From Octopus sinensis (lineage: Eukaryota), in contig NC_043002.1 in the NCBI RefSeq assembly GCF_006345805.1, positions 54,746,001-54,810,000 on the forward strand: a DNA stretch of 64,000 nt. Reading direction: 5' to 3'. Under the pieces are notes generated by a model. The model worked only from the letters and a program-made list of their open reading frames with translations. It was not told the origin of the DNA and searched no databases. The position numbers and the translations under genes were made by a program. Positions 24,249 through 39,451 of this stretch are shown piece by piece (the first letter of the stretch is position 1; each line of letters starts with the position of its first letter).

Positions 24249-25339
24249 TTTTTCACTAACATTTTACGACTGGAAAACGAAATCCAGCGATTATCTTCCT
24301 TCGTATTTCTTTTCCATTCCTCATCTTCCCCCACCCCCATTTTATTGCAGGTTTTGAATTGGTTTCTTTAAATTGAGGGTTACTTTATTTTATTTTGGTT
24401 ATTGAATTATCATTATGTTTGTTGTTGTTGTTGTTGTTATAACCATGAAACGAATGATTTTAATATACTAAAATACTCAGAGAAATTGTTGCCATTGAGT
24501 TATCTCCCTTCTAAACAAATACTTGGAGTACCGCTATTTAGCACACACAAGCACACCACTGAGGTTTACAAATCAGATGGCATTCACATGCAAAACAATA
24601 ATTAAGTTTAATGTTAATTAAAAAATAGTAAACCATAGAAAATTTAGCTGTAGGAATCATTAAAAAATCTTAATAAAAATATTAAGATGTTTATTAGCCA
24701 TTAAGTGAATTTTGTCTTTTCTGCACATCATAATTATTCCTAATTAGACCATTCAATGCTCACTGCATTATTTATGTTCACACTAACAAACCTTTTTTTT
24801 TTTTTTTTCCTTTTGTGGATGGCGTCTCCAGGTAATGAAGCTCAATGATGTATTTAATTAAATATGCTAATTTTCACACCAACTAGTGAACAACATTGTA
24901 GATGTGGATGTCCCTTTATTACTTGAGCAAGTCTGGTAAAGGCTGTTGAATAACCAGACAAAAATATTGGGCATTGATTAATGTTTTTTTTTCTCTACAT
25001 AATTGTTTTCAATTAGTTTTAATGCTCTCGACATTAAATATACTAACACTAAGTTAGGTCTTTATTAATACCTGTTATTCCCCTGGGGTTAATAAAATAC
25101 ACACTTTCAAGACTTTTGTCCACTTCTGTATCGGCTTCTAACCCAGATTGTCATTTGAGAAGTTAATATTTACTGGAACATATTATGACAGCATCAATGG
25201 CTTCAAAGAATGGTCACTATTCTTGTAATGTCTTAGATTTAATTTTGGTTCTCTAAGGTGGCGAATTGGAAGCAGAGTTATTAGGGTGCTAGATAAAATA
25301 CCTCATAGTATTGTAATGAGATTTTAGAGGTGGTTAGAC

Positions 25340-25603
25340 CAGTGGTTCTCAACCAGGGTCCGTATGACCCATTGGGGTGGCGGGGGACATGTAAGACTTT
25401 GTTGTTAAAATTTATCTGCAATAAATTGCTGATATTTCTTTGATGCACCAAATATTTTCATAATTTTTTTTAATACAATTCCTAATAATATTGAATAATA
25501 AAAATATCAGATTTTTTAAAATATCGAATGCCTGCAAGGGTCCACCTGTCTAAGATTGGAATCAAAAAGGTCCATAGATTAAAAAAATGGTTGAGAAGCC
25601 CTG
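25340..25603. mobile_element. hAT (Charlie-like) MITE
   Basis: CAGTGGTTCTCAACC...GGTTGAGAAGCCCTG; TSD GGTTAGAC/GGTTAGAT. Confidence 0.85.
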
Positions 25604-28561
25604 GGTTAGATAAGTGATGGGCTTTTTGTTATTTGGTGGGGGTTGGTTTGGGCTGTGTGTTGTTTCTCCATGTACAACTAAGTCCATCTTGGATTTTTGA
25701 TGAGATTATTTCCAACATTTGTTCAGTGGAGGTCGTGTCAGTGGTAAGAAACTTTCAAGAGATCTCTAAGTTTCTATTGTTACTGGAATGGTCCTTCCAA
25801 GTCTGCTGTTGTTGCTGCTCATATGTTGTTCATTGTAGTTAAAATGTGTTGTTGACCTGTGTAAATATTCTTCTCAAAGAACCCTGCTGAAGGTGGGTAT
25901 GGATTATACATGCAAGGAGAGTTAAAAGGAAAAATAAAATCTATTACAGTTCCTGAAGAATTTGGTAAGACTGCTAAATCGCATACCCTATTCAGTGAAT
26001 ATGTGACAAACCTTTAAGGCTTCTGTCATATTTTTGTTATCTGTGATACGTTGTTTTGTTTCATGTCAATTTTTAAAAATTTAAATTTAAAATTTTAAAA
26101 AATTAAATAAAGTCATTTTAACTAAAATAAGTTATTTGTAACAAAACCATTTTCTCTTTAAGAATTTGTTTTTCATTAAACTCTGGAACTTGGTTGCATC
26201 TTTGTACCAAAGAGTCCAAAATATCTTTACAATATTCATTTTTCAACCTTCAAGATTCTTAATATTATTCCTGTTTCCCTCCAGGGTTGATTTTGGTAAT
26301 TCTTTAACTGGTTCAATTAAGTTTTGCCCTAACACCATAAAGACACCTGACCTTGGTCATTTGGAATGAGGTGGAATAAAATATGTAACTAGTCTTACCT
26401 CCTGGGTTCAAATCTTACCAGAGTCCACTTTGTCTCATTTTGGAGGTTATTTAGAAATAACTACCAGTAATATACGTGGTTTCTTGCATATTTGGAATCT
26501 CCATCATCTAAAACATAGGGAAAAAAATTTCAAGAGATTTCAAAATTTTAAGTGGGTGGGAGTAAACATTTTTTTTCTTTTTGCATATTCGTAGTCTCCA
26601 ACATCTTAAACGTAGGAATCTGAAAAAAAATTTCCAAAAAATGCATTTTTCAAGGAGAGGTGTGAAACTGCATTAGCACCATTATTTAAATATTCTATCT
26701 TATACCTTTTACTTGTTTCAGTCTTTAGACTGTGGCCATGCTGGAGTACTGCCAGTTTTTTTTCAAATGTGGACAACCTGACAAACATGAAAATGTGTCC
26801 CCCACCGGGAGCATGAAACTTTAGTAAAAATTTTTAAATACCATTCTGGCATTCTTATGGTCAGGAATGAAGGCAGTGTCCCATGACCCATTACAAGGAT
26901 TCTGAAGCTGGTAGGGAGGGAGGATATCTTCAAGCCAGAACCCTGGCAATGATAGATGCTACTAAAGATCCCAAGGTCCCTGTTGCAGGTGTTAAACCGA
27001 GCAATGGATTAAGTCCTGCACGCAGGTAGGACCTGGTGGGATTTAAACTCAGAACACACACGGCTGGAACAACTACCACAAGATATCAAGTCTCATGTTC
27101 TTATAATTCGAAGAGTCTACCTCCTTGGTACTTTATTATTGTTTGGGCTGTGGTGGAGCTGACAGAATCGTTACGTTTAGTGGCATTTCATCCATCTTTA
27201 CATTCTGAGTTCAAATTCTACAGAGGTCTTCTTTGCCATTCATCCTTCTGGGGGGTGGGGTCAATAAAATAAGTACCAGTCATGTAGTAAGGTTGATTTA
27301 TAATAATGAAATTATTGTATATAGTGCTCAGGTGCCCTACAACTCATCAAAGGTGCGTGTACAGTATATAGAATTATGTACAATAGTCAGGAAAATAAAC
27401 AGTGTATGGATCATGATATATATATGTGTGTGTGCATGTGTATAAAGTGGGGGGATATCAGGTGTAGTGTTGGCGAATTTCAGGAAGCATGGAGGTTTTA
27501 AAAGATGTAATGTCTCAGCAACTAACAACTGATGCAGATAGTTTGTTCCATGCTTCAGCATCTCTGAGTGTGAAAAAAATGTTTCCAAAAGTCATGGGAG
27601 CCGTGCTGTTTTCTGACTTCGTAGACATGCCCACATGTGTTAGACACATGAGACTCAAAAAAGTGCTCAAGGTGGTTGCTGGTGCAATGGGTAATAATGT
27701 TTCTAAATTGACATAGTTCCATCCTCAAACTTGCCAAAATTTGAAAGCATTATTATTATTTAATTGACTTGGAGGGGCTGAAAGCCAAAATCATTATTAT
27801 TTTATTATTTTATTATTATTATTCAATTGACACAGAAAGGATGAAAGCCAAAATTGACTTTGGTGAGATTTGAACTCAGAATTCAGATTCTGACGAAATA
27901 CCACCAAGTATTCTGTCTAATACCCCAACACCTCTTAATCTTCTATTAATACACTTTATAATGTTTGCATGTGTGGTAAGATGCTTGCTTCCCAACCACT
28001 TAGGTCCAGTTTCAATCCCACTGCATGGTACCTTGGGCAAGTATTTCCTATTGCCTTCAGCCAACCAAAGCCTTGTGAATAGATTTAGTACGTTGAAACT
28101 CTGTGTGTGTGTGTGTGTACCTTTGCTTGTCCTCTGCCATTGCTTGACAGCTGATGTTGGTTTGTTTACATCCCTGTAACTTAAAAGTTTGGCAAATAGG
28201 CTGATAGAATAATAGCTAGATATTGAGGTCAATTTATTTGATTAAATATTCCTCATTGTGATGCCTCAGCATGGCCACAGTTTATTGCCTGAAACAAGTA
28301 AAAGATAAAATATAAAAGAATATACAGATGATGATGATGATGGGGGACATTAATTACATTCAGTTCTAAAGTATTTTTATCTTCTTTTATCAATGTTGTT
28401 GTTGTTATCAGTTGTATCATTGCTTCGACTACAGCTGTTGTTTCTCCATTGAAGAAATATTTATTTTGGCTGGGTACAAGTCTTGTGTGTGTATGCATAC
28501 AAGCTGGAACTTCGAGGTCACTGTTAACCTTTTCCTTTTAAAGGCTAATTATATATCCATG

Positions 28562-28696
28562 GGCATATGGCGCTGGCTACTAACCCCAAGATTCTGAGTT
28601 CAATTCCAGGCAGTAACCTGAATAATAATAATAATAATATCGAAAAATAACTTAGGAATGAGAACCCAGGTTCGAAATTTCCCCAAGATACCTGAT
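28562..28696 (+). mobile_element. tRNA-head / hammerhead-tail element, truncated inside the ribozyme core
   Basis: GGCATATGGCG...GTTCAATTCC-(AAT)n-CTTAGGAATGAGAACCCAGG...GATAC-CTGAT, then (TACA)n. Confidence 0.75.
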
Positions 28697-28711
28697 ATAC
28701 ATACATACATG

Positions 28712-28780
<69 letters not shown>

Positions 28781-28829
28781 CATAAAAAGCAATTGACACA
28801 TACATATGAGTCTCAACATCTCGTGAAAA

Positions 28830-30090
28830 CTTCTCTTCAGATGTTGAGGCTCAGAGAGGAAATGACGAAGGGCCAAGACAACTGGTGACATGCTGTACTT
28901 GTGAGGACCTGCACAGCAAAGTAAAAGCATGACCCCCCCCCCACACTCTCTCCCAAAACCCACCCATGCTTACCACTGCTGTATCTCCCTCATGTTTCCA
29001 CCTAAGTCGGGGACCCCCTTCAGTCATGAATGACCATGGGATTGCACCTAGAAAGTTACCCTTGAAGGCACAAATCTGGACAAGGTTGTTTATGGAAGGC
29101 CTACAGTCGCCCATGCATACCAGCCTACACCTCTCCACACCACTGATGTTATCCAAGGGAAAGGCAAAGGGGCTGATACAGCTTGGCATCAGTGATGCTG
29201 CAATTCATTTCTACAGCTGAGTGAACTGAAGCAACATGAAATAAAGTGTCTTGCTCAAGAACACAACACGCAGCCTGGTCTGGGAATCGAACTCATAACC
29301 TCATGATCATAAGCTCAACGCTCTAACCACTGAGCCATGTGCCTTCACTTCCACATAAGTACCAGCACACAATATATACCCCTGTGAATTCCCACCCACC
29401 TTTACCTCCCATTCTCCTTTTGGAACCCTGTGAACTCCCCCCTCCCCTCTGATTCCTCTCATGCACAATTTTCCTCTCCATACATTTGCACTTTGTCGTA
29501 CATACACACAGACCTTGCACCTCCAGCAGACCATTCTTGTTCCATTTCTTTCTAGCCTTCACACATCCTCTACACTCACCGCCTATATTTCTCTACAAGC
29601 AAAGTTGTTCCAACACTAGCATCATTCAATCTTCCTCTCACAACATAGGTAACAGCTCTTTGAACTTTCTCCAGGCAGTTCTCATTTTAGTGCCTGTGCT
29701 CTCAACATCCTTCCCCACTGCTAATTGAATCGCTAATTCAACCTCTAGGGAACCTTCTTGGCATTTGAAGAAATCTATTTCCTGTGTGTTCTTGCATGTC
29801 TGCTACTCACAAAGGTATTTCTTTACTAAACTTTTTATGGTTCCATTGCATCTCTTAAATGTTCACAATTTGGATTGGGTACACCATATGGAATTTCTAC
29901 CTATAAATCTTTTACATATTTCTCAAAAAATCAGTGTCCTGCTTACTACAACTTTGGTCATTGCTAAGTCAACTTTAAGGCCATTTAATTCCAGGTTTTT
30001 ATTTCACACCCGGAAATTCTTTTCTAATTCTGTTACAGATTATGCTGTCAGAACAAGGTCATCAATAGCTAATTCTATGGTAGAATAAGA
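28830..30090. mobile_element. Degenerate RTE-like LINE fragments with a SINE
   Basis: Minus strand gives ...KMRTAWRKFKELLPML... (RT C-terminal region) with many stops. Confidence 0.6.
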
Positions 30091-30488
30091 AAACGATTTC
30101 TTGGCATGGAAGCATAATAAATATACATATTGTGTGTGTGTGTGTGTGTGTGTATGGTGAAGTTTGTTTTCCAAGAATGTGGTTTTGGATTCAGCCTCAC
30201 TGTGTGGTACCTTGGTGTTTTCTATGATAACCCCAGGCCAACCAAAAGCCTTGTGAATGGATCCAGTAGATGGAAACTAAAAGAAGTGAGTTTCTGTCTC
30301 CTTATCCAGACATTGTGTGTTTGTTGTAAGCGTCACCATTATGCTGGAGTTGTTTGTTTCCAGTTTTCCATGGAGACCTGCTCGACCAAGGGAAAATACT
30401 ACGTTGCTTGGAAACAGGTGAAAGTCAGCAACGGGAAGGGCAGCTGATCAATCAGCTGAGGCGAAGCATGGAAATGATGATGATGATG

Positions 30489-30538
<50 letters not shown>

Positions 30539-32419
30539 TCCTTTTCAGAGCCAAAATTACCATATCTCAAATAAAAGTAAGAATCCAACATTCTGAGTAG
30601 AATTAGAAGTTTTCATCTGGTACTGCCGTATATTTAATGGCATATCTAAGACAATTCTAAATATTGGCACAATGCCAAAGACAGGAACTTTGGATTTGTT
30701 TGTACCCAGTTATTGGCAGCAAAATCTGTTAATTCCATTAAGCTTTTAATTTATCTTATTGTTAGTCCTGAGACGCTAAAATAAGATTTTTTTTTCTTCT
30801 GTACATCTGTTGTCTTCCTCCTCCTCCTCACTACTGCTTCTACTACTACTACCACTACTACTACTACTACTACTGATGGTTTCAAATTTTGGCACAAGAC
30901 CAGCAATTTCAGGGGATGTGGTAAGTCGATTAGATCGACTCCCCACCCCCACCCCGTACGCAACTGGTACTTATTTTATCAGCCCGCGTTAAGATAAAAG
31001 GCAAAGTTGACCTCAGTGGAGTTTGAACTCAGAATGTAAAGATGGACAAAATGCCGGTAAGAATTTTGCTTGGTCTGCTAATGGTTCTGCCAGCCGACTA
31101 CTTTTGGTTTCAAATTTTGACACAAGGCCAGTAAATTTAATGTAGGGGCAAGTTGGTTACATTGACCCATCCCCATGTTTAATTAGTACTTAATTTATCA
31201 AACCTGAATGGACAAAAGGCAAAATTGATCTTGGCAGAATTTGAACTCAGAACGTAAAAACAGACGGAATGCCAGTGAACATTTTGCCTGGCATGTTAAC
31301 GATTCTGCCAGATTGCTGCCTCGCAAATAATAACAACAACAACAATAATAATAATAATAATAATCCTTTCTACTGGAAGCACAAGGCCTGAAATTTGAGA
31401 GAAGGGATTAAGTCGATTACATCGACCCCCAGCACGTAACTGGTACTTATTTAGCAGACCCTGAAATGATGAAAGCCAAAGTTGACCATGGCAGAATTTG
31501 AACTCAGAACGTTGCAGCAGATGAAAATACCGCAACAAAAAGTATTTTCAGCGTGTTAACAATACTGCCAGCTCACCTCCTTTAATAATAATAATAATAC
31601 TCTTTTACTTGTTTCAGTCATTTGACTGCGGCCATGCCGGAGCACCGCCTTTAGTCGAGCAAATTGACCCCAGGACTTATTCTTTGTAAGCCCAGTACTT
31701 ATTCTATCGGTCTCTTTTGCCGAACTGCTAAGTGACTGGGACGTAAACACACCAGCATCGGTTGTCAAGCAATGCTAGGGGGACAAACACAGACACACAA
31801 ACACACACACACATATATATATATATACATATATACGACAGGCTTCTTTCAGTTTCCATCTACCAAATCCACTCATAAGGCATTGGTCGGCCCGGGGCTA
31901 TAGCAGAAGACACTTGCCCAAGATGCCACGCAGTGGGACTGAACCCGGAACCATGTAGTTAGTTAGCAAGCTACTTACCACACAGCCACTCCTGCGCCTA
32001 ATAATAATAATAATAATAATAATAATCCTTTCTAATAAAGGCACAAAGAGCCTGAAATTTGGTGGGGTGGGGACTAGTTGATTACATCGACTCCAGTGTT
32101 TCACTGGTACTTAATTTATCGACCCGGAAAGGCTGGAAGGCAAAGTTGATCTTGGCGGAATTTGAACTGAGAACCTGGCAGCTGACGAAATACCGCTAAG
32201 CATTTCGCCCGTCGTGCTGAGCAGTCTTGGAGAATTTCAGTAAGCAGGGAACTTCTTAAAGATGCAGTTTCTCGACAGTTAACGAGAAAGAATCGTCTTT
32301 TTATCCCCCCCCAACATGATCTTCATTAAATTATTGATGTAAGGCCAATAACTATTGTAAGAGTTACTTACCTTAGTAACTTGCTCTGTTTTATCTGTAC
32401 ACGCACAGACACACGCTTA

Positions 32420-32470
<51 letters not shown>

Positions 32471-35155
32471 TTCTCATGCACGTAATTACAATAGAATCTC
32501 ATATATTATTCAATTAATTATTTTATCCTCGTATTCTTTTCACACGCAACTATATTTCGGAGATATGTTTGCCTGGCAAGTAACTTCATCTGCGACTGTA
32601 TATTGAAGCTAAAACAGTTACACTGGGGAAGACACATCTTAAGCCATTCAAAAAAACTCACAAAGACTATTAACCTCTCTTAAACATTTATCATTTGGTG
32701 TCAATATTTCGATCTGGTCGAAGACAGTGAGCTGGTAGAATCATGATCGCGCCGGGCGAAATGCTTAGAGGCATTCGTCCTTTTTAACGTTATGATGCGA
32801 AATTCCATCGAGGTCGACGTAGCACTTTATCCTTTCTTGGTCGATAAAAATAAGAACCAGTTCTGAACTGGAGTCGATGTAATCGACTTACTCCCCCGCC
32901 CCGGATGTGCTGGCCTTGTGCCAAAATTTGAAAGTAATATTTCGACCTGGTTGTTAGCATATCGGTCAAAGTGCTTACCGGCATTTCGACCAGGTTATGG
33001 TTTTAGGGATATCATCGCCTGATTCAGATCACGTTGTTTTATACAGACTCCTCACTCACAATATCAACAAATCAAAAACTAAATGTTATTGGAATTCACT
33101 AAAGGAAATTTTTTTGCTTCCCGTTTATAAATTTCTATTTGTTTTTATTAGATAAGTTTGGGCGCAGGAGTGGCTGTGTGGTTACAAACTTGTTTCCCAA
33201 TCACATGGTTCCAAGTTCAGTCTCACTGTGTGGCACCTTGGGCAAATATCTCACTATAGCTTCGAGCCAACCAAAGTCTTGGGTGGATTTATTTTGCAGA
33301 AACTGAAAGAAGCCCATCATATATACATACATATACGTGTGTGTGTTTTGTCTCACACCACCGTTTGACAACCGATGCTGGTGTGTTTATGTCCCTGTAA
33401 CTTAACAGTTTCGCAAAACAAACCGATAGAATAAGGACCAGGCTAAAAAGAAAAAAGCGATGTGGTGGTGGTGGGGTCAATTTATTCGACTAAAAATTCT
33501 TCAAGGCGGTGCCCCAGCATGGCCATAGTCTATTGACTGAAACAAGTAAAATGATATAAGTGTATAAAAAAGTAATTATTTTCTTTATAACCGATTCCTA
33601 ACCATCGAACGTTGCTGCGACAAGGCTACGAGGAAAAAGCAAAAGTCTCTATTCCATGGACAAACTTTATGGTAACGCTTTCTTTCGGCAGACAATTCTA
33701 CAACAAATCATATTTTAGAATTATAACTTTTAAATTAAAAAAAAAAAAACAGAAAAGAAGGAAAGATAAAAAAGAAATGAAAGAACAAAGAATGGGAGGT
33801 AAAACAGCAGAAGATGGAGGGGCAGGGGACGACGGGCCACACGCCCCAGAAGGAACGATGTGCTAAGCTATGATGGCATTGTCGTGGAGAATGGCGACAG
33901 TCAAAGCTTAGAGTTTCCTCCCTTGAAATGGTTTGAACGGCCAGGAGACAAAAAAGACATATTCGTACGTTACAACAATTTATTCCAAGTTGAGTCAGGA
34001 CATGCATGGCAAGCTAAGTATCAAGATCATTGCTTGGAGGTTACGAGTTCAAATTACTTCTAAGCGGACATTTTTTTAATACACAAAACCACATAGCAGT
34101 AATGGTGCACTCGAGCAGTTGAATACAATAAATCCAGATGTATTTCACGTGTCTTTACGTTCTAAGTTCAAATTTCGCCGAGGTCAACTTTGCCTTTCAT
34201 TCTTTCATGTTTGATGCGATAAAAAAAAACAGTTAAGAACTAGGGTCAAAGCAATCGACTTACCCCATCCCGTCTAATTTCAAGCTTTCTGGCTGAAATT
34301 ATTATTATTATTATTATTCAAGTGGTGAGCTGGTAGAATTATTATTGTGAGGAACCTGAAGAGAGTCAAATGAAGGAAGGATGGATTTAGGGAGCGTGGT
34401 GGTGGAGGAGAAAGGAGAGACAAGAGGCTGAGAGGGTGTTGGGGAAGTAGAGAAGCTGTATGGGTGGGGGAGCTGAATGGGAGGAAAGAAGTAATGGGTA
34501 TAGGAGTTGGATGTGGGGATGGGCAGAATGTGTCTAGGGAGGCTGTGGAGAGAGAGAGAAAGAGAAGCTGGGAAGGAGAGAGAGGCTCCTTTCACATTCT
34601 GCCTATTAAATCTATTTTCAAGGATTTTGTCAGTCTGGAATTACAGTGGATGACACTTGTCTAAGGTACCAGGAATTGAGGTCTGAATCTAAAACGATGT
34701 GTTTGAGAAGCGAGCAGCCATACCTGTACTTACACACACACACACACATACACACAAGCATATCTTTATGTTCTGAGTTGAAATTCTGCCAAGGTCGACT
34801 TTGCCTTTCATCCATTTGGGGTTCAATGAAATAAAGTACCAGTGAAACACTGGGGTGTCGATGTAATTGACTAGTGCCCCTCCCCCAAACTTCAGGCCTT
34901 GTGCCCATAATAGAAAAGATTATAATTATTATTATTATTAAGTCAACAAGCTGGTTGAATCATCAGTGCGTCAAACAAAATGCTTCGAGCCATTTCTTCA
35001 GGCTCTTTATGTTCTGAGTTCAAATACTGCAAAGGTCTTCCATCCTTTTGGGGGTCAATAACATAAACTGTAGTTGAGCCCTGGGGTCGATTACATCAAA
35101 CTCTTCTTCTAAATTTCAGGCCTTGTGCTTATAGTAGAAAGAATTATTATTATTG

Positions 35156-37170
35156 TCACTTTTCTCAAACTGATTGTATGTCAATATTTTTTTTATCAAA
35201 AACGGATCAACTTTCTCATTCCAGTTATATTGTCAAACCTCTCCTCAAAATCCCGGCTGTTCCAAGCAGTGATGTTTTCTGCAGCATCTCAGTCTTGATA
35301 CTGAGTCCAAGTTTGCCAAGCTACTCCTGAAATTGGTTTGTCATGATTCCAAGTGTTTTTATCACAAACTCCCCTTTCCTCAGTTCCTACAAATGTATTC
35401 TCTTATGCTTCAAATCTTGCTCTATGTCCACATTGTCCTCTTTTTCTATCACATGGATATCTCCCAGAATAGCAATGTCAATAATCCAAACAGTGTCTTT
35501 CTTTTTTCTCAATCAGGATCAAATCTGGTCTTCTTAACTCAATCACATTGTCACGTTGCACATTTAAATCTCATATCAATTTCACCACATTGTTTTTCAT
35601 TACAGCGGGTGGCTGGTGTTCATACCACTTGTCAGGTTATTCCAAGTTATATTTCTCACATAAAACCATTGTACAATTTGAGGAACATTGTCATGCCATC
35701 TCTTGTACTCCCACTGTGCCAAACAGCTACATTCACATACAATATGGCTGTTGGTTTCTCCAAACTTCCAAAACATTCTGCAGAATGGCAATTCGATTGT
35801 CTTGTCAATGTGGAATTTTATGCAGTTAGTTCTTAATGCTTGCACTTGAGCAGCACAAATAACAGCTCCCCACCCCCATTCTTTCAAATCTCCCTTATTC
35901 ATCCATGCCCATGTTTTATGTTTGTCTATCTTCCCAAAATTAAAGTCTTTATCTATATCTCTTAGGAACTGTCTATGCATTGCTTTGTCTTTCAACCTTG
36001 TAACCTTCTTTCCAATTCTATTTTACTTGAACTCTTCTATATTTGTGCATGACTCTGTTTCTGTGATCCCAGCCAATTTATCTCCCATCAGGAATGGTTC
36101 TGTGCTGTTCCAAATATATCAACCAAGACTATTTTGTTCTCTTCTTATGCAATCTTCGCAGCCTGTCATACCTCTTCCTCCATCTTCCCATGGTAAGTAT
36201 ATCCTATGCACGTCACTTTTAGGATGTAAAGCACCATGTGTTGTTCTTGTCTTTCCTTGTTTCTCGGCCCATCTGGTTTATCTCTTCTTTTTTCCATTTA
36301 AGTATGCCTGCTCCACATTGTAGTGCTGATACACCCCAAGTACTGATGGCAATTACTTTATTTCTTCCAGTTGGTTTAAGAATCAAGCACAATCATCTCA
36401 TTTACTCTTTCTTGTGTAAACTTTTCATCTAATTTTTTTTTATTCTGTCAGTCTCCAAGATACTAAGGTACTTATAACCACTCTCTTCAATATCCCTCAC
36501 AACACTTCGATCTGGTACTGCTACCCCTTCAGTTCTCACCACCTTTCCTCTTTGAACTCCACATTTCTTTATCCTAAATTCCATTCCTTTGTCTCCACTG
36601 AACTATGTTGTAATTTAGTTAGCAGGGATGTTATCTTGAAGTTTGGTAACAACATGTTCCCTCAAATCTCAACGTGAGTCTCACTTCCAATGTTCTTCAG
36701 TCTCCTGGGTAGCAGTTTGAGTGTCTTGCCAAATACAGTTATAACCATTGAAATACTTGTCACCTTTGTCTTCCACAATCTCTTCATGTCTCTGGCCAGG
36801 TCCCAATATTTCTCAGTTTCTTAAATTTCTTTGGTGTCTTAAGGTATTACAAAATCTAGGATCTTACACTGTTTATTTTGTTCTCTATAAACTTATCCAG
36901 TCTTCTTGCTTCAATAATATGGCCAGTCTTTATGGGTACATCCCATAAATTCCTGTAAATCTTATTCTCTGTCACAGCCTCTGCTCGTGTTCACACCACT
37001 TTCCAGTTATTTCAAAGTGACACACACAGCTAACATTCAAATGCATTCTTTTACTTACACATTCATTCATGCACTTATACTCTTTTTGCACTAGCTTACT
37101 GCAGTCACACAAGAGATGGTAAATGATTTCATTGCTTTTCCTGCAGAATTGCAACAAATTCTGTTGAGAT
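35156..37170 (-). mobile_element. Dong/R4-clade non-LTR retrotransposon relics (CCHC zinc knuckle plus REL endonuclease), two fragments
   Basis: MHRQFLRD...TWAWMNKGDLK...CAAQVQALRT...CRM...ETNSHIVCEC..LAQ.EYK; ETEMLQKTSLLGTA at the end; (AAT)n at the 3' flank. Confidence 0.85.
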
Positions 37171-37872
37171 ATTTAGTTACAGGGGTTTTATTACATTGTA
37201 AGTTCAAGTTCTGACAGACGACCTTTGATTTTTATTCTTCCAGGGTCAATAAAATAAACTCCAGTCGAGATACCTGGGAGGATGGGAGGCATTGATGAAA
37301 TTCACTAAATTCTTCCCTTCATGTGAAGCTTTCAGCCTTTCTCTTCATAATGTATCCATGTGTTTGTATGTGTTTTTTGGAAGACGTGTATTAATATGCT
37401 TGCATGTGTGTATGTCTATCTGTGTGTGTGTGTGTGTACTCCTGGCAACAGTCAGTTTCCTCTATAAAAGAATTCCACCCCCCACCTCTATCTGTCTGTC
37501 TGTCAATAATTTTCATCTTAATCTCTTTAACCTTGTCTCCCCCCCACCTCCAGCTGCCATGTTGAGGTCAAAAAGTGATCATCTTTGTGGGAAGCTTCTC
37601 TAACTTCTCTTATCTTTATCATTGTTTGTATTTAGTCTATTATGATGCCTCTTTCTGGCAGGTGTGTGTGTGTGAGTGCGCGCGTGTGTGTGTGTGTTTA
37701 TAGGAGAGAGGGAGGAAGAGAGAGTGAGTGAGTGATTATGAAAACTATTTTTACAGCTATAGTTCTATGGCCTATATTTATGTGTGTGTGTGTGGGTGTG
37801 TGTTTGTGTGTGTATGTGTATATATATATATTAATGCATATATATATTATATATATATGTATATATAGATAT

Positions 37873-37937
<65 letters not shown>

Positions 37938-37961
37938 CACACACACACACACACATATGTG

Positions 37962-39245
37962 CAGGTGTGGCTGTGTGGTAAGAAGCTTGCTTCCCAACCA
38001 CATGGATCCAGGTTCAGTCCTGCTGCATGGCACCTTGGGCAAGTGTTTCCTACTATAGCTTCAGGCTGACCAAAGCCTTGTGAATAGATTTGGTAGATGG
38101 AAACTGAAAGAAACCTGTTGCATATATATATATATATATTTATGTGGGTGTGTCTTTATGTCACACCACCATTGCTTGAAAACTGATGCTAGTATGTTTA
38201 TGTCTCTGTAACTTAGCAGTTTGGTAAAATTAACCGATAGAATAAGTACTAGGCTTACAAAGAATGAGTCCTGGAGTTGATTTGTTTGACTAAAACCGTT
38301 TAAGGCACTGCTCCAGCATGGCCACGGTCATATGACTGAAAAAAGTAAAAGGATATATATAGATATTGATATATGTCAGGCACAGCTGTGTGGAAAGAAG
38401 TTTCCTTGCCAACCACATGGCTCCAGGTTCCGTCCCACTGCCTGGCAACTTGGGCAAGCATCTCCGACATTATAGCCTTAGCCCGACCAAAGCCTTGCGA
38501 GTGGATTTGATAGACAGAAACTGAAAGAAGCCCATCGTATATATAAATATGTGTGTGTGTGTGTTTTTCCCCCACTACAGTTTGACAACCGGTGCTGGTT
38601 TGTTTACATCCCTGTAACTCAGCAGTTCAGCGTAAAAGACTGATACAATGATCACTGGGTTAAAGATGATAAGTGCTGGGAGTAATTTGTTCAACTAAGA
38701 CCTTTTGAGGTGATGCCCCAGCATGGCCACAGCCCAGTCACTGAAACAAATAAAAGGTAAAAGATAAACACACACACAAATATAAATATATACACACATA
38801 CACATAAACACAAATATATATATACATACATAGGTGCAGGAGTGACTATGTGGTAAGAAGCTTGCTCACCAACCACATGGTTCCAGGTTCAGTCCCACTG
38901 CATGGTACTTTGGGCAAGTGTTTTCTACTATAGCCTCGGGCCGACCAAAGCTTTGTGGGTAGATTTGGTAGACGGAAACTGAAAGAAGCCCGTCGTATAT
39001 ATGTATATGTATATATATATATGTGTTTGTGTCTGTGTTTGTCCCCCCCCCCACCCCAACATCGCTTCACAACCGATGCTGGTGTGTTTATATCCCCTTA
39101 ACTTAGCGGTTTGGCAAATTTAACCGATAGAATAAGTCCTAGGCTTACAAAGAATAAGTCCTGGGCTCGATTTGCTCGACTAAGGGTGGTTCTCCAGCAT
39201 GGCTGCAGTCAAATGACTGAAACAAGTAAAAGAGTAAAAGAGTAA
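37962..39245 (+). mobile_element. Three head-to-tail SINE family 1 copies
   Basis: Heads at about 37962, 38378 and 38833, each followed by a full tail. Confidence 0.85.
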
Positions 39246-39451
39246 AGAGTATACACACAAACACAAATATAAATACATACATATACACACAAATATATAT
39301 ACATACACACACATACACAAATATAGATACATACACACAAATATACATACACATACACAAATACATACACACACAAATATAAATACATACACACACTCAC
39401 AAATATATATACATACACACCCATCCATACACACACAAATATACATAAAAG

